A stretch of 42,923 nucleotides of DNA, taken from Octopus sinensis (taxonomy: Eukaryota). The DNA lies in assembly GCF_006345805.1 (NCBI RefSeq), contig NW_021835328.1, positions 1 through 42,923 on the forward strand, read 5' to 3'. Shown piece after piece: positions 23,205 to 36,348 of the stretch. The translations under genes were made by a program, and so were the position numbers. Under the pieces are notes generated by a model. The model did not search any database, was not told the origin of the DNA, and worked only from the letters and a program-made list of their open reading frames with translations. Numbering within the stretch: the stretch's first letter is position 1; every line of letters begins with the position of its first letter.

Positions 23205-24195
23205 TATTCTTTTATTTGTTTCAGCCATTTGACTGCGGCCATGCTAGAGCACCACCTTTAGTCGAGCAAATCGACTCCAGGACTTATTCTTAGTAAGCTT
23301 AGTATTTATTCTATCGGTCTCTCATGGCGAACTGAAAAGTTACGGGGACGTAAAAACCAGCATCGGTTGTCAAGCTATGATGGGCTGGACAAACAGAAAC
23401 AGACAGACACGCACACACACACCTATATATACGAAGGGCTTCTTTCAATTTCTGTTTACCAAATCCACTCACAAGGTTTTGGTTGACCGGAGGCTATAGT
23501 AGAAAACACTTGCCCAAGATGCCACTCAGTGGAACTGAACCCGGAACCATGTGCTTGGTAAGCAAGCTACTTACCTCACAATATATTCTTTTAGTTTGTG
23601 TTCTTTTACTTGTTTTAGTCATTTGACTGCAGCCATGCTGGAGCATCGTCTGATGGGCTTCTTTTAGTTTTCGTTTACCAAATCCACTCTCAAGGCTTTA
23701 GTCGGCCCGAGGCTTTAAATGAAAGTGCCATGCGGTGGGACTGAACCCAGAACCATATGGTTGGGAAGCAAGCTTCTTACCACACAGCCATTCCTACGCC
23801 TACATACATGTATACATACACACACGCGCGCGTGCGCGCACGCGCACACACACACACACACAGACATGCACGCAAACACACACGCACATACACACGCACA
23901 TACACACGTACATACGCACACAAACACACACACATACAAATACAACGCACACACACAAACACACGAAAACACACACACAGATACACACACACGCACACAA
24001 TCATGCACCCCCATACACACACACATATATAGATATACAAAGGGATTCCATGCAGTTTCCGTCGACCAAATCCACTAATAATTAATTGGTCGGCCCGTGG
24101 TTACGCTAGGAGGCATTTGTCCAAGATGCCGCACCATGGAATTGAACCTGTAACCATATTGGTTGTAAAGCTAGCTTCTTGACCCCACAACCAGT
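23205..24195 (-). mobile_element. Cluster of three SINE family A copies (23205-23580 near full; 23600-23800 deleted; 24035-24195 5' half)
   Basis: Reverse-complement matches to 41437-41845 (TTTGACTGCGGCCATGCT.., CCAAATCCACT.., GAACCCGGAACCATGTG). Confidence 0.88.
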
Positions 24196-24359
24196 CATCG
24201 AGTTATTTCCCTTGCCTTTTTGGGAAGGAGGTCTGATTTTTTTTGAAGGGAGATTTGGCTGCCACTTCTAGCAGGTCAATAATCCACCAAGAGGCTTCCT
24301 CCCTCGTTGTCTCGTTATTTGTATTGACGATGATGATGATGATGATATTTTGGCTGGTG

Positions 24360-25970
24360 CTATGATGGTGGAAGTGATGGTGATGGTGGTGGCGAAGATG
24401 ATGGTGGTGTGGTGGTGGTGGTGGTAGTGGTGGTGATGGTGGTGGTGTGGTAGTGGTGGTGGTGTTGGTGGTGATGGTGGTGGTGGATGGTGATGGTGGT
24501 GGTGTTGGTGGTGATGGTGGTGGTGGTGGTGATGGTGGTGGTGGTGGTGGTGGTGGTGGTGGTGGTGGTGGTGGTGATGGTGGTAGTGGTGTGGTGGTGT
24601 AGTGGTGGTGGTGGGCGAGGATGAGGGTGGTGGCTGTGGTGGGGTGGTGGGGTGGTGGTGGTGGGTGGTGGTGGTGGTGGTGATGGTGGTAGTGGTGGTG
24701 GTGATAGTGGTGGGGGTGGCGATGATGATGGTTGGCTGGCTGGTGGTGGTGGTGTAGTGGTGGTGATGGTGGTGTGGTAGTGGTTGTGGTTGGTGGTGAT
24801 GGTGGTGGTGGTGGTGTGATGGTGGTGGTGTTGGTGGTGATGGTGGTGGGTGGTGGTGATGGTGGTGGTGGTGGTGGTGGTGGTTGGTGGTGGTGATGGT
24901 GGTGGTAGTGGTGATGGTGGTAGTGGTGGTGGTGGTAGTGGTGGTGGTGTGGCGATGATGATGGTGGCTGTGGTAGTGGTGGTGGTGGTAGTGGTGGTGG
25001 TGGTGGTGGTGGTGGTGATGGTGGTAGTGGTGGTGGTGATAGTGGTGGTGGTGGCGATGATGATGGTGGCTGTGGTGGTGGTGGTGGTGGTGTGGTAGTG
25101 GTGGTGGTGTTGATGGTGGTGGTGGTGGTTGTGATAGTGGTGGTGGTGGCGATGATGATGGTGATTGTGGTGATGGTGGTGGTGGTGATGGTGGTGGTGA
25201 TGGTGGTGGTGGTGGTGGTGAGATGGTGGTGGTGGTGGTGGTGGTGGTGGTGGTGGTGGTGGTGATGGTGGTGGTAGTGGTGATGGTGGTGGTGGTGATG
25301 GTGGTGGTGGTGGTGGTGGTGATGGTGGTGGTAGTGGTGATGGTGGTAGTGGTGGTGGTGATAGTGGTGGTGGTGGCGATGATGATGGTGGCTGTGGTGG
25401 TGGTGGTGATGTTGGTAGTGGTGGTGGTGATAGTGGTGGTGGTGGCGATGATGATGGTGATTGTGGTGATGGTGGTGGTGGGATGGGGTGTGGTGATGGC
25501 TGGTATGGTGGTGGTGGTGGTGGTGGTGGTGGTGGTGGGGATGAGATGGTGGCTGTGGTGGTGGTGGTGGTGGTAGTGGTGGTGGTGGTGGTGGTGGTAG
25601 TGGTGGTGGTGGTGGTGGTGGTGATGGTGGTGGTGTGGTAGTGGTGGTGGTGGTGATGGTGGTAGTGGTGGTGGTGATGGTGGTAGTGGTGGTGGTGGCG
25701 ATGATGATGGTGGCTGTGGTGGTAGTAGTGGTAGTGGTGGTGGTGGTGGTGGTAGTGGTGGTGGTGGTGGTGGTGGTGGTGGTGGTGGTGGTAGTGGTGG
25801 TGGTGGTGGTGGTGGTGGTGGTGGCGATGATGATGGTGGTAGTAGTGGTGGTGGTGATGGTAATGGTGGTGGTGTTGATGGTGGTGGTGGTGGTTGTGAT
25901 GGTTGTGGTGGTGGTGTTGGTGGTGGTGATGGTGGCTATGATGATTATGGTGATGACACTGATGGTGGTG
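24360..25970. repeat. (GGT)n microsatellite, ~1.6 kb
   Basis: Direct inspection. Confidence 0.97.
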
Positions 25971-26399
25971 CCGGCGGCGGCGGCTGCGGCGGCGGCGTTG
26001 TCGCTGACGGTGGTTGTGCCGGTCTTCTGGTGGTAGTCGTGGTAATCGTGGTTAGCGATGGTGGTGGTGGTGATGGCGGCGGCAGTGATTTTTGCCGACG
26101 TTGTCGTTTGTGGTGGTAGTGGTGCCGATGGTTAAGTTAGTATTGGTTGTAGTAGAAGCTGTAAGCAATGGTAGGGGAGGTGGCGGTGTCAGCAGCAGCA
26201 GCGGCGGCGGTAGTGTTGGTATGGCGTGCGTGCGCATGCGTGTGTGTGTGGTTTCAGGGCTTTAGTTTAAAGGGGGTTATTTGACGGTCACAGCTACCAT
26301 TGGGTGCTCCCTACAAAAATATTTAATGGGTTAACAGGGGCGGAAGGGACAATGCCAGGAATGGGGGTAATAGCTTAATAAGACAAACATCAACATTAA

Positions 26400-26945
26400 C
26401 CACTACCACCACCGCAAACACCACCGCCGCCGCCACCATCACCGCAACCACAGCCGACGCTACCACCACCACTACCACCATCGGCACAGCTTTCGTTATT
26501 ATCATCATTATCGACATTAACATTACCACCACCACCACAACCACCACCACAACCACCCACTACCAGCACCACTACTACCACCATCACGTCTACCACCACC
26601 ACCACCACCACTACCAACATCATTATCATAACCACTACCGCCACCAGTGCTACAATCACCACCACCACCATCATCACATCTACCACTACCGCCACCACGA
26701 CCACCACGACCACCACTACCACCATTATCACCACCACCACCGCCATTACCAACAACAACACTACTACCACCACCACCGCCATCGACACCACAAACACCAA
26801 CATTGCCACCATCACAACCACCACCTCCACCACCACCACCAACACTACTACCACCACCACCACCATCACCACTACCAACAGCAACACCACTACCATCACA
26901 ACCACCACCTCCAACATCTCCACCACTACCACTACCCCCAACGCC
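26400..26945. repeat. (CAC/ACC)n microsatellite
   Basis: Direct inspection. Confidence 0.95.
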
Positions 26946-27093
26946 ATCAACTTAGTACAACTAAAACCCCGGACCCAAGATCATAAGGACGGCCCTCAAC
27001 CCTTCCCCACCTCTTATTTGACTGTTTTGTTATCTTTCAGAAACTCTCGTTTCCGAAAAATCGTAAAAATACCTCTTTTACTTCCTAGCACCT

Positions 27094-27147
<54 letters not shown>

Positions 27148-27170
27148 AAAGAGAGAAATACACTAGCAAA

Positions 27171-27572
27171 TAGGTGCGGCTGTGTGGTAAGAAGCTTGAT
27201 TCCCGACCACATGGTTCCGGGTTCAGTCCCACTGCATGGCACCTTGGGTAAGTGTCTTCTACTGTAGCCTCGGGCCAACCAAAACCTTGTGAGTGGATTT
27301 GGTAGACAGAAACTGAAAGATACTCATCGTATATATGTGTGTGTGTGTGTGTGTGTTTGTGTGTCTGCGTTTGTCCCCCACACTATCGTTTGACAACCGA
27401 TATTGGTATGTTTACGTCCCTGTAAACCAGTGGTTCGGCAAAAAGGGACCGATAGAATAAGTACTAGACTTACAACGAATAAGTCCTGGGGTGGATTTAT
27501 TCGACTTAAGGCGGTGTTCCAGCATGGCCGCAGTCAAATGACTGAAACAAATAAAAGAATAAAAGAATAAAA
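27171..27572 (+). mobile_element. tRNA-derived SINE family A, full length
   Basis: A-box-like CGGCTGTGTGGTAAG, B-box-like GGTTCAGTCCC, an internal (TG)n and a (TAAAAGAA)n-type tail. Confidence 0.9.
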
Positions 27573-27584
27573 TATCTATTTATA

Positions 27585-28022
27585 TATGTATGTATGTAAG
27601 TATGTATGTATGTATGTATGTATGTATGTATGCATGTATGTATGTAAGTATGTATGTATGTATGTATGTATGTATGTATGTAGTGTGTATGTATGTATGT
27701 ATGTATGTATGTATGTATGTAGTGTGTATGTATGTATGTATGTATGTATGTACGTATGTATGTATGTATGTAGTGTGTATGTATGTATGTATGTTTGTAT
27801 GTATGTATGTATGTATGTATGTAGTGTGTATGTATGTATGTATGTATGTATGTACGTATGTATGTATGTATGTAGTGTGTATGTATGTATGTATGTTTGT
27901 ATGTATGTATGTATGTATGTATGTAAGTATGTATGTATGTATGTATGTATGCATGTATGTATGTGTGTATGTATGTATGCATGTATGTATGTATGTATGT
28001 ATGTATGTATGTAGTGTGTATG

Positions 28023-28053
<31 letters not shown>

Positions 28054-28063
28054 TGTATGTATG

Positions 28064-28098
<35 letters not shown>

Positions 28099-28108
28099 TG
28101 TATGTATG

Positions 28109-28142
<34 letters not shown>

Positions 28143-28160
28143 TGTATGTATGTATGTATG
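27585..28160. repeat. (TATG)n microsatellite
   Basis: Direct inspection. Confidence 0.97.
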
Positions 28161-28164
28161 TGAT

Positions 28165-28345
28165 GCCATCAGTCCTACCATTATAGATCCATAGCAAACA
28201 TACTACACAAACAGACACGTTTAAATGTGCTCGTCAACAATGCTCGTCCTGTCCCTACGTGAACAATACCTTAGCTATTACTGGGTCAAATGAACCACGT
28301 CATACCACACAGCACTTCTGATGCAGATTGTCTAACCTTATACAT
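28165..28345 (+). pseudogene. Penelope-like (Neptune-type) Cys-rich linker preceding GIY-YIG
   Basis: From 28214 it reads DTFKCARQQCSSCPYVNNTLAITGSNEPRHTTQHF*CRLSNLI, the TF.C.R..C..CP.....I.G......F.C..SNLIY pattern just upstream of PLE GIY-YIG domains. It is not in the ORF track. Confidence 0.7.
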
Positions 28346-28351
28346 AGAAGC

Positions 28352-28490
28352 ATGAAGACGCGTAGCTTACGTGTTAGGCAATTCGGTTTACGATCGTATG
28401 GTTGTGATTTCGATTCCCTGTGACACGTTGAGTCCTTGAGCAAGACAATTTACTTCACGTTGCTACAGTCCACTCAGCAGATAAAAAAGA
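28352..28490 (+). mobile_element. Degenerate tRNA-derived SINE family D, 5' part
   Basis: GAAGACGCGTAGCTTA..GTTAGG..TTTCGATTCC..GTCCTTGAGCAAGACA..CACGTTGCTACAGTCCACTCAGC, related to 39002-39110 and 31440-31580. Confidence 0.7.
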
Positions 28491-28844
28491 GGGATCTCCT
28501 CTATTTGGCTGCCACTTTTCAATTTATTCCATTTCGTTCCAATTGATTTCATATTTGGTACATTGGTGTAGTTTTGTAAGATAATCATTGACATGAATTT
28601 CAATTTCGCCATAAATCAATACACAAAGCTACTTACATATAGGTGCCTGTTTCCATAGTAACAAGCCAAGCTATTACCAAGCTGCTTACAAATGTTCTTT
28701 TTATCGCTTATTAAATGCTTAAAACACGTGAGATGCGAAATGTGCTAAAAATAATAGCTGAATAGGCCTTAAATCATGCACCAAATTTTTTTTACATAAT
28801 CGGATGAGTTCTCTGTGTACAATACAAATTTACTCTTTTACTCC

Positions 28845-28871
28845 GTTGGGGGGACAAACACAGACTCACAA

Positions 28872-28907
<36 letters not shown>

Positions 28908-29114
28908 GTGTGTGTATATGTTTGTCCCCCCAACAACATCGATTGACAACCGATGCTGGTGTGTTTACGTCCCCGTAACTTAGCGGTTCGGCAAAAAAGA
29001 CCGATAGAATAAGTAACAGGTTTACAAAAGAATAAGTCCTGGCGTCGATTTGTTCGACTAAAGGCGGTGCTCCAGCATGGCCACTGTCAAATGACTGAAA
29101 TAAACAAATTAAAG
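28845..29114 (+). mobile_element. SINE family A 3' half with a short 5' foldback
   Basis: 28915-29114 matches 41645-41830, and 28845-28860 is the exact reverse complement of 28919-28934. Confidence 0.85.
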
Positions 29115-29149
29115 TATATATACAACATAGGGCCCTGCGCGCGCGCACA

Positions 29150-29950
29150 TATATACTCATACATACATACACACGCACATACACACACATATATACAAAC
29201 ACATACGCACACTTTCACCCACACGTAAACACATACATACGCGCGCACACATACGCATGAATACACACATACACATTCATACACACACATTCACACACAC
29301 ATACAAAAACACACACACATACACACACAAACACACACATACATACATACATATATACACACACATACATACTCACGCACATACACACACATACATACAC
29401 ACGCACATACACACACATATATACAAACACATACACACACTTTCACCCACACATACACACATACATACGCGCACACACATACGCATGCATACACACATAC
29501 ACATTCATACACACACATACACATTTACACAGACACACACACACATACAGACACATACATACACACACATGCACATTTACACAGACACACACACACACAT
29601 ACACACACACACATTTACACAGACACACACACAGACACATACGTACACACACACACTTACACATTTACACAGACACACACACACACACACATACACACAC
29701 ACACACATTTACACAGACACATACGTACACACACACACTTACACATTTACACAGACACACACACACACACACACGCACAGACACATACAGACACACACAC
29801 ACACACATTTACACAGACACACACACAGACACATACGTACACACACACACTTACACATTTACACAGACACACACACACGCACAGACACATACAGACACAC
29901 ACACACACACACATTTACACAGACACACACGCATGCGCACACGCACACAA
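29150..29950. repeat. (CA)n-derived repeat with internal duplications
   Basis: Direct inspection. CACTTTCACCCACAC occurs at ~29210 and ~29438, and ACATTTACACAGAC recurs. Confidence 0.95.
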
Positions 29951-30274
29951 ACAAACACCATGACTGCGCCATATCAGATCAGCAGAACCGGAAACGCCTC
30001 CCCCCCCTCCACCACCAAACCACTGAAAAAAAGTAATTGCCAAAGACACCGACCCGAGACTGGGAGAAAGTTTATGGTTCCTAAACCATCAATGCCACCC
30101 CACCACCACCACCACCATCTTATTCACCACCGTTGCCACCGCCGCCGTCGCTGCCCCCCCCCCACCACCACCACCCGATGGTAAAACCATCAGATACAGG
30201 ACCCGTCTGATTCTGTATTGCACCCATCACCCTTTCATGCAACCCCTGACCCCATTACAGTAGCAGCAGCTGCT

Positions 30275-30448
30275 GTGGTGGTGGTGGTGGTGGTGGTGGA
30301 TGTAGTAGTAGTAGTAGTAATTGTTGTGATGGTGGTGGTGGTATTAATGATGTTAGTAGCAGTAGCAACAGTAGTAGTAGTCATAGTAGTAGTAGTAGTA
30401 GCAGTAGTAGTGGTGGTGATTGTAGTAGCGGTAGTAATAGTGTTAATA

Positions 30449-30517
<69 letters not shown>

Positions 30518-30518
30518 A

Positions 30519-30553
<35 letters not shown>

Positions 30554-30626
30554 ATGGTGGTGATGGTGGTGGTTGTAGTGTTAGTAGTGGTTGTGGTTAT
30601 AGTAGTGGTATTAAAACTGTTAATAC

Positions 30627-30720
<94 letters not shown>

Positions 30721-30740
30721 GGTGGTGGTGGTGGTGGTTA
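30275..30740. repeat. (GTA)n/(TTA)n/(GTG)n compound microsatellite
   Basis: Direct inspection. Confidence 0.95.
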
Positions 30741-31055
30741 AGTCTTCAACCGTTCTGTTCGGCAGTCATGGCGGAAAGGTTAACGTTCTCGTTGGGGGAG
30801 AGTGTGCTTATATGGGGGGAGGGTATGTGGGGGTAGCGGGATGGAGAGGATAAGCAATGAGGGTGGGTGTGTGGGCGAATTAGGCGTGGGTGGTCATGAA
30901 CGGCGTGGGAGGGTGATATTGGAGGAGGGCGCATCAACACCCCGCCCCGCACCGCCATGGCTGAAATTTGGATATTTCAATGTTGAATGTGTATGTTTGG
31001 CCTATAGATCGATCTGTGATGTATGTGTGTGTGTGTTTGTGTGTACGTGTGTGTA

Positions 31056-31086
<31 letters not shown>

Positions 31087-31088
31087 GT

Positions 31089-31580
31089 AAAGACCCCCTT
31101 CGGTCATGAATGACCATGGGATTGCACTAGAAAGTTCCCCTCCAAGGTACAAGTCCAGGCAATGTTCTTTAAGGAAGACCAGCGGTCTCCCATGCATACC
31201 AGCCTCTCCTCTCCACACCATTATATGTTCATAGGGTAATGGGTATAGACCCCCTTCGGTCATGAATGTCTATGGGATTGTACCTAGAAAAGTTACCCTC
31301 CCAGGCACAAATCCGGGCAAGGTTGTTCATGGAAGACCAGTAGTCACCCATGCATACCGGCCTCCACCTCCATGCCACTGATGTTATCCAAAGGAAAGGC
31401 AACACCTGATATAGCTTGGCACCTGTGACATTGCAACTCATTTCTACAGGTGAGTGAACGGGAGCAACGTTAAATAAGGTGTTTTTCCTAAGAACGAAAC
31501 ACACAGCGCGTTCCAGGTATTGAACTCACTACCTCTCGATTGTGAGCCCGACACTTCAACCATTGAGCCATGCGCCTTCG
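31089..31580 (-). mobile_element. tRNA-derived SINE (family D-like head) with tandemly duplicated ~156-bp 3' tail
   Basis: Minus-strand head GAAGGCGCATGGCTCAATGG (A box)...GAGTTCAATACC (B box). AGACCCCCTTCGGTCATGAATG occurs at 31091 and 31247. Confidence 0.8.
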
Positions 31581-31779
31581 CAAATGCGCTTGCATGTACG
31601 TATAATATTAATACCAAAAAATATTTTACGGATGGCAATTTTTATATTTTTATTAAGGCATTGCTACATATGTTTCGGCATGACTTCTATCTTAATATAT
31701 ATATGTATGGACACACACATCAACAACAGGGTATGTATGTATGTATGTATGTATGTATGTATGTATGTATGTATGTATG

Positions 31780-32140
31780 TATGTGCAAGACCCTGCCTCA
31801 GTAAAGCTGGACTCATGAGTCATCTTCGTAGTCATAAAGCGAGACAGATGAGTGACAACTGGCCACTGGTGGTGGTGTAACACACCATACTAATCATATC
31901 TGTCGGGCATGTAGAAGAGAGTGTAATTCGGCAGGAGGACTTAAACGACATGCAAAGGTACATGAAGCCCAGTTACAACTACACCCGGCTTTTACCGGTA
32001 AAGGTTTTAGTTGCCAATTCTGTACAAGACATTGTAGATCTTTAGCTGGGCTAAAAAGTCACATTCGATCACAGCACCAGAAACAGTTAAGCTTCGTGCA
32101 ATGGCCATACTCGATAACGAGCGGGCAGCCATAACATAAC
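31780..32140 (+). mobile_element. 5'-truncated RTE-like LINE 3' end encoding three C2H2-type zinc fingers, within (TATG)n
   Basis: VCARPCLSKAGLMSHLRSH, then after a frameshift (31883-32134) HICRACRRECNSAGGLKRHAKVH...FSCQFCTRHCRSLAGLKSHIRSQH. C..C.R.C.S..GL.SH.R.H is the C-terminal finger pattern of RTE-clade ORFs. Confidence 0.7.
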
Positions 32141-32313
32141 ATGTATGTATGTAAGTATGTATGTATGTATGTATGTATGTATGTATGTATGTATGTATGT
32201 ATGTATGTACGTATGTATGTATGTATGTGTGTGTTGTTGTATGTATGTATGTGTGTTGTATGCATGTGTGTATATGTGTATGTATGTCTGCCTGTCTGCC
32301 TGTATGTATGTGC

Positions 32314-32344
<31 letters not shown>

Positions 32345-32469
32345 TGTATGTATGTATGTATGTATGTATGCATGCATGTATGTATGTATGTATGTATGTA
32401 TGTATGTATGTATGTATGTATGTATGTATATGTGCAGTTTTGTATGTTTTGTTTTATATATGTGTTCTG

Positions 32470-32775
32470 ATGCGTATACTTGCATATTTAGACATGCTCG
32501 TTTATACTGAAATGATAAACTTCTGGAAAGTTTTACAGATTTTTACAGTTCCGGTGATGGATTGGAACTATAGTCTTCGAATCACCTTTCTCCTTTCTGG
32601 TTTTTCAGAAGCCTCATTTCTCAAGATTTGTATTTAGGCAGTGTGTTACATATCCCAGGGCCCCAATAATTACAGGTATAAACCTGAAATTGTAATCTGG
32701 ATAGCGTATCTGCAGATTTCCCAATGGTTCGCTTTTTCACTGATCTTCAGCTTTGTTAACATCCGCTGGGCAACA
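32470..32775 (-). mobile_element. 3' end of a second RLE-type non-LTR retrotransposon within (CATA)n
   Basis: Minus-strand pieces CPADVN / KLKISEK / NLQIRYPDYNFRFIPVIIGALGYVTHCLNTNLEK / SITGTVKICKTFQKF. IPVIIGALG is the RLE C-terminal motif also seen in the 2954-3451 ORF (IPVIVGALG). Confidence 0.75.
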
Positions 32776-32779
32776 ATAT

Positions 32780-33640
32780 ATGTATGTATATTTGTATGTA
32801 TGCATGTATGTATGTATGTGTAAATGTATGTATGTATGTATGTATGTATGTATGTATGTATGTATGTATGTATGTATGTGTAAATGTATGAATGTATGTA
32901 TGTATGTATGTATGTATGTATGTATGCATGTATGTATGTATGTATGTATGTATGTATGTATGTATGTATGTATGTATGTATGTGTAAATGTATGTATGTA
33001 TGTATGTATGTATGTGTGTATGTATGTATGTATGTATGTATGTATGTATGTATGTATGTGTGTATGTATGAATGTATGTATATATGTATGTATGTATGTA
33101 TGTATGTGTAAATGTATGAATGTATGTATGTATGTAAGTATGTATGTATGTATGTACGTATATATGTATGTATGTATGTATCTATGCATGTATGTATGTA
33201 TGTATGTATGTAGGTATGTATGTATGTATGTATGTATGTATGTGTAAATGTATGAATGTATGTATGTATGTATGTATGTATGTATGCATGTATGTATGTA
33301 TGTATGTATGTATGTATGTATGTATGTATGTGTAAATGTATGTATGTATGTATGTGTGTATGTATGTATGTATGTATGTATGTATGTGTGTATGTATGAA
33401 TGTATGTATATATGTATGTATGTATGTATGTATGTGTAAATGTATGAATGTATGTATGTATGTATGTATATATGTATGTATGTATGTATGTCTGTATGTA
33501 TGTATGTATGTATGTGTAAATGTATGAATGTATGTATGTATGTATGTATGTATGTATGTATGTATGTATGTTTGTATGCATGTATGTATGTATGTATGTA
33601 TGTATGTATGTATGTATGTATGTACGTGTAAATGTATGTA
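32780..33640. repeat. (TATG)n microsatellite (also 31731-31783 and 32141-32430)
   Basis: Direct inspection. Confidence 0.97.
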
Positions 33641-33994
33641 TTTATATTTAAGCAGTTATTTACGTACAACTGTGTGCGTGTATGTATTGTATATTTGTGT
33701 ATATTTGTGTATGTGAGTGTATATGCAAGTGTGTATGAGTTCGTGGGACGTTATGGCGAAAGAGGGTGAGAGTGGTAAGGGAGATAATTTGCATCGCTCT
33801 CTACAAAAATCCATCGGGACTTAAAAGCCGACGGCTCTCTCACGCTCGGTCCTCTTCTCTCTCTCCATCTCTCTCTCTCCCTTTCTCTGAATCCCCCTCA
33901 CATTCACCTTCCTCCCCCATGATATCAGTTTTCATCTTCCTGCCACATATTATCTCTTCGACTTTATCCCTCTTGTATATAGCTATGCATGCCT

Positions 33995-34015
33995 GTATAT
34001 ATGTATGTATGTGTG

Positions 34016-34048
<33 letters not shown>

Positions 34049-34327
34049 GTATATATATAATATATATATATATATTATATATAAACATAGACGCGTATAT
34101 ACATATATATATGTACAAATATATACATACATATATACATACATGCATACATATATACTTACATAGATATATATATGTATATATATATATGTGTATATAT
34201 ATATATATATGTATATATGTATGCATGTATGTATATATGTATATGTATGCACATATATGTATATGCGTGTGTGTGTGTGTGTGTGAATATATGTATATAC
34301 ATATGTATATATATTCTCACTCTCTCG

Positions 34328-34404
<77 letters not shown>

Positions 34405-34596
34405 CATATATACATACATGCATACATATATACTTACATAGATATATATATGTATATATATATGTGTATATATATATATATATGTATATATGTATGCATG
34501 TATGTATATATGTATATGTATGCACATATATATATGCGTGTGTGTGTGTGTGTGAATATATATATACATATGTATATATATTCTCACTCTCCTCGC

Positions 34597-34671
<75 letters not shown>

Positions 34672-34743
34672 TACATATATAGAAGCATATGTATACGTTA
34701 AGTAGGTCAGATCCATATACATACAATCTGTTTTTGCGTGTAC

Positions 34744-34813
<70 letters not shown>

Positions 34814-34820
34814 GTATATT
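33995..34820. repeat. (TA)n-rich tract containing a ~270-bp tandem duplication
   Basis: TACTTACATAGAT at ~34156 and ~34431, and ATTCTCACTC..TCGCTATA at ~34313 and ~34580. Confidence 0.9.
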
Positions 34821-34984
34821 TATGCTTATGCGTTGGTAGGTGTGTGTGCATGAGTGTGTGTGTTGCGTGTGTGGTACGTGTGTGTGTTGTGTGTGGTATG
34901 TGACCTACTTATTAAAAGGCGGATTAAATGCTGAGCTCAAAGAATTTTCTTATCTGATATTTCTTAAGTTAGTCAAAAGGATAT

Positions 34985-35060
34985 TGATGACGATGATGAT
35001 GATAATGATGATGATGATGTTGATGGTGGTGATGGTGATGATGATGATGATGATGATGAT

Positions 35061-35093
<33 letters not shown>

Positions 35094-35875
35094 GTGGTGG
35101 TGATGCTGATGATGATGATGATGATGATGATGATAGTGTTGGTGATGGTGGTGGCGGTGGTGGCGGTGGTGGTGGTTGTGCAGGTGATGATGAGGATGAT
35201 GATGGGGGTCATGATGGGGGTGATGGCAGTGGTAGTTGTGGTGGTGGTGGTGGTGGTGGTGGTGGTGATAATGATGATGGATGGTGGGCATTGACGGCGT
35301 GGGGATGGGTAACGGTGGTGATGGTAGTGTTGGTGATGGTAACGATGGTGATGAGAACGATGATGATGACTGCAAAGATGATTAGGAGGATTCTGATGAC
35401 GATGACCACGCCGATGACAACTTTAATGGCTGTGTGGATGACGATGATGACGACAATGATGATGATGATGATGACGATGACGATGACAATGACGATGATG
35501 AGGATGATGATGATGATGATGATGATGATGGTGGTGCTAATGTTGATGATGATGGTGGTGGTGATGATGATGATGGTGATGATGATGATGTTGATGATGA
35601 TGATGATGGTGATGATGATGGTGATGATGATGATGATGATGATGATGAGATGGTGATGACGATGATGATGATGATGAGATGATGATGGGATGACGTTGGT
35701 GGTGGTGATGATGAGATGATGATGATGATGACGATGACGATGACAATGACGATTATGAGATGATGATGATGATGATATGATGATGTGGTGCTAATGTTGA
35801 TGATGATGGTGGTGGTGATGATGATGATGGTGATGATGATGATGTTGATGATGATGATGATGGTGATGATGATGG

Positions 35876-35907
<32 letters not shown>

Positions 35908-36055
35908 GTGATGACGATGATGATGATGATGATGATGATGATGGTGATGACGTTGGTGGTGGTGATGATGATGATGATGATGGTGATGATGATGGTGGTG
36001 ATGATGATGATGATGATGACGACGATGATGATGATGATGATGATGATGATGGTGA
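34985..36055. repeat. (GAT/GGT)n microsatellite with ~254-bp internal duplication
   Basis: GTGGTGCTAATGTTGATGATGATGGTGG at ~35531 and ~35785. Confidence 0.95.
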
Positions 36056-36348
36056 TACAGTGTTCCCATTAATTTTTGATGATAATTATAGGATTGAATC
36101 TGAGGAAGTCTGTATCATCATACATATACACATACATGTACGGACACACACACACTCACACACAAACACACACACACACAAATGATCGGGGTCAACATTT
36201 CCGACTAAAGCTCATCGAACTATCGTAGATGTGTGTGCATGTGCGTGTATATATGTATGCATATATGCATGTGTCTGTGTATGTGCTTGTGTGTATATAT
36301 GTATGTATGTATGCATTGTATGAATTTTTGAATGTATGTGCGTGTGTA

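Noticed and set aside
31130-31330. Twister- or HDV-like ribozyme in the duplicated SINE tail
   Set aside because: The resemblance is superficial (CACAA(G/A)TCCGGG), and I could not identify the required pseudoknot pairings by eye.
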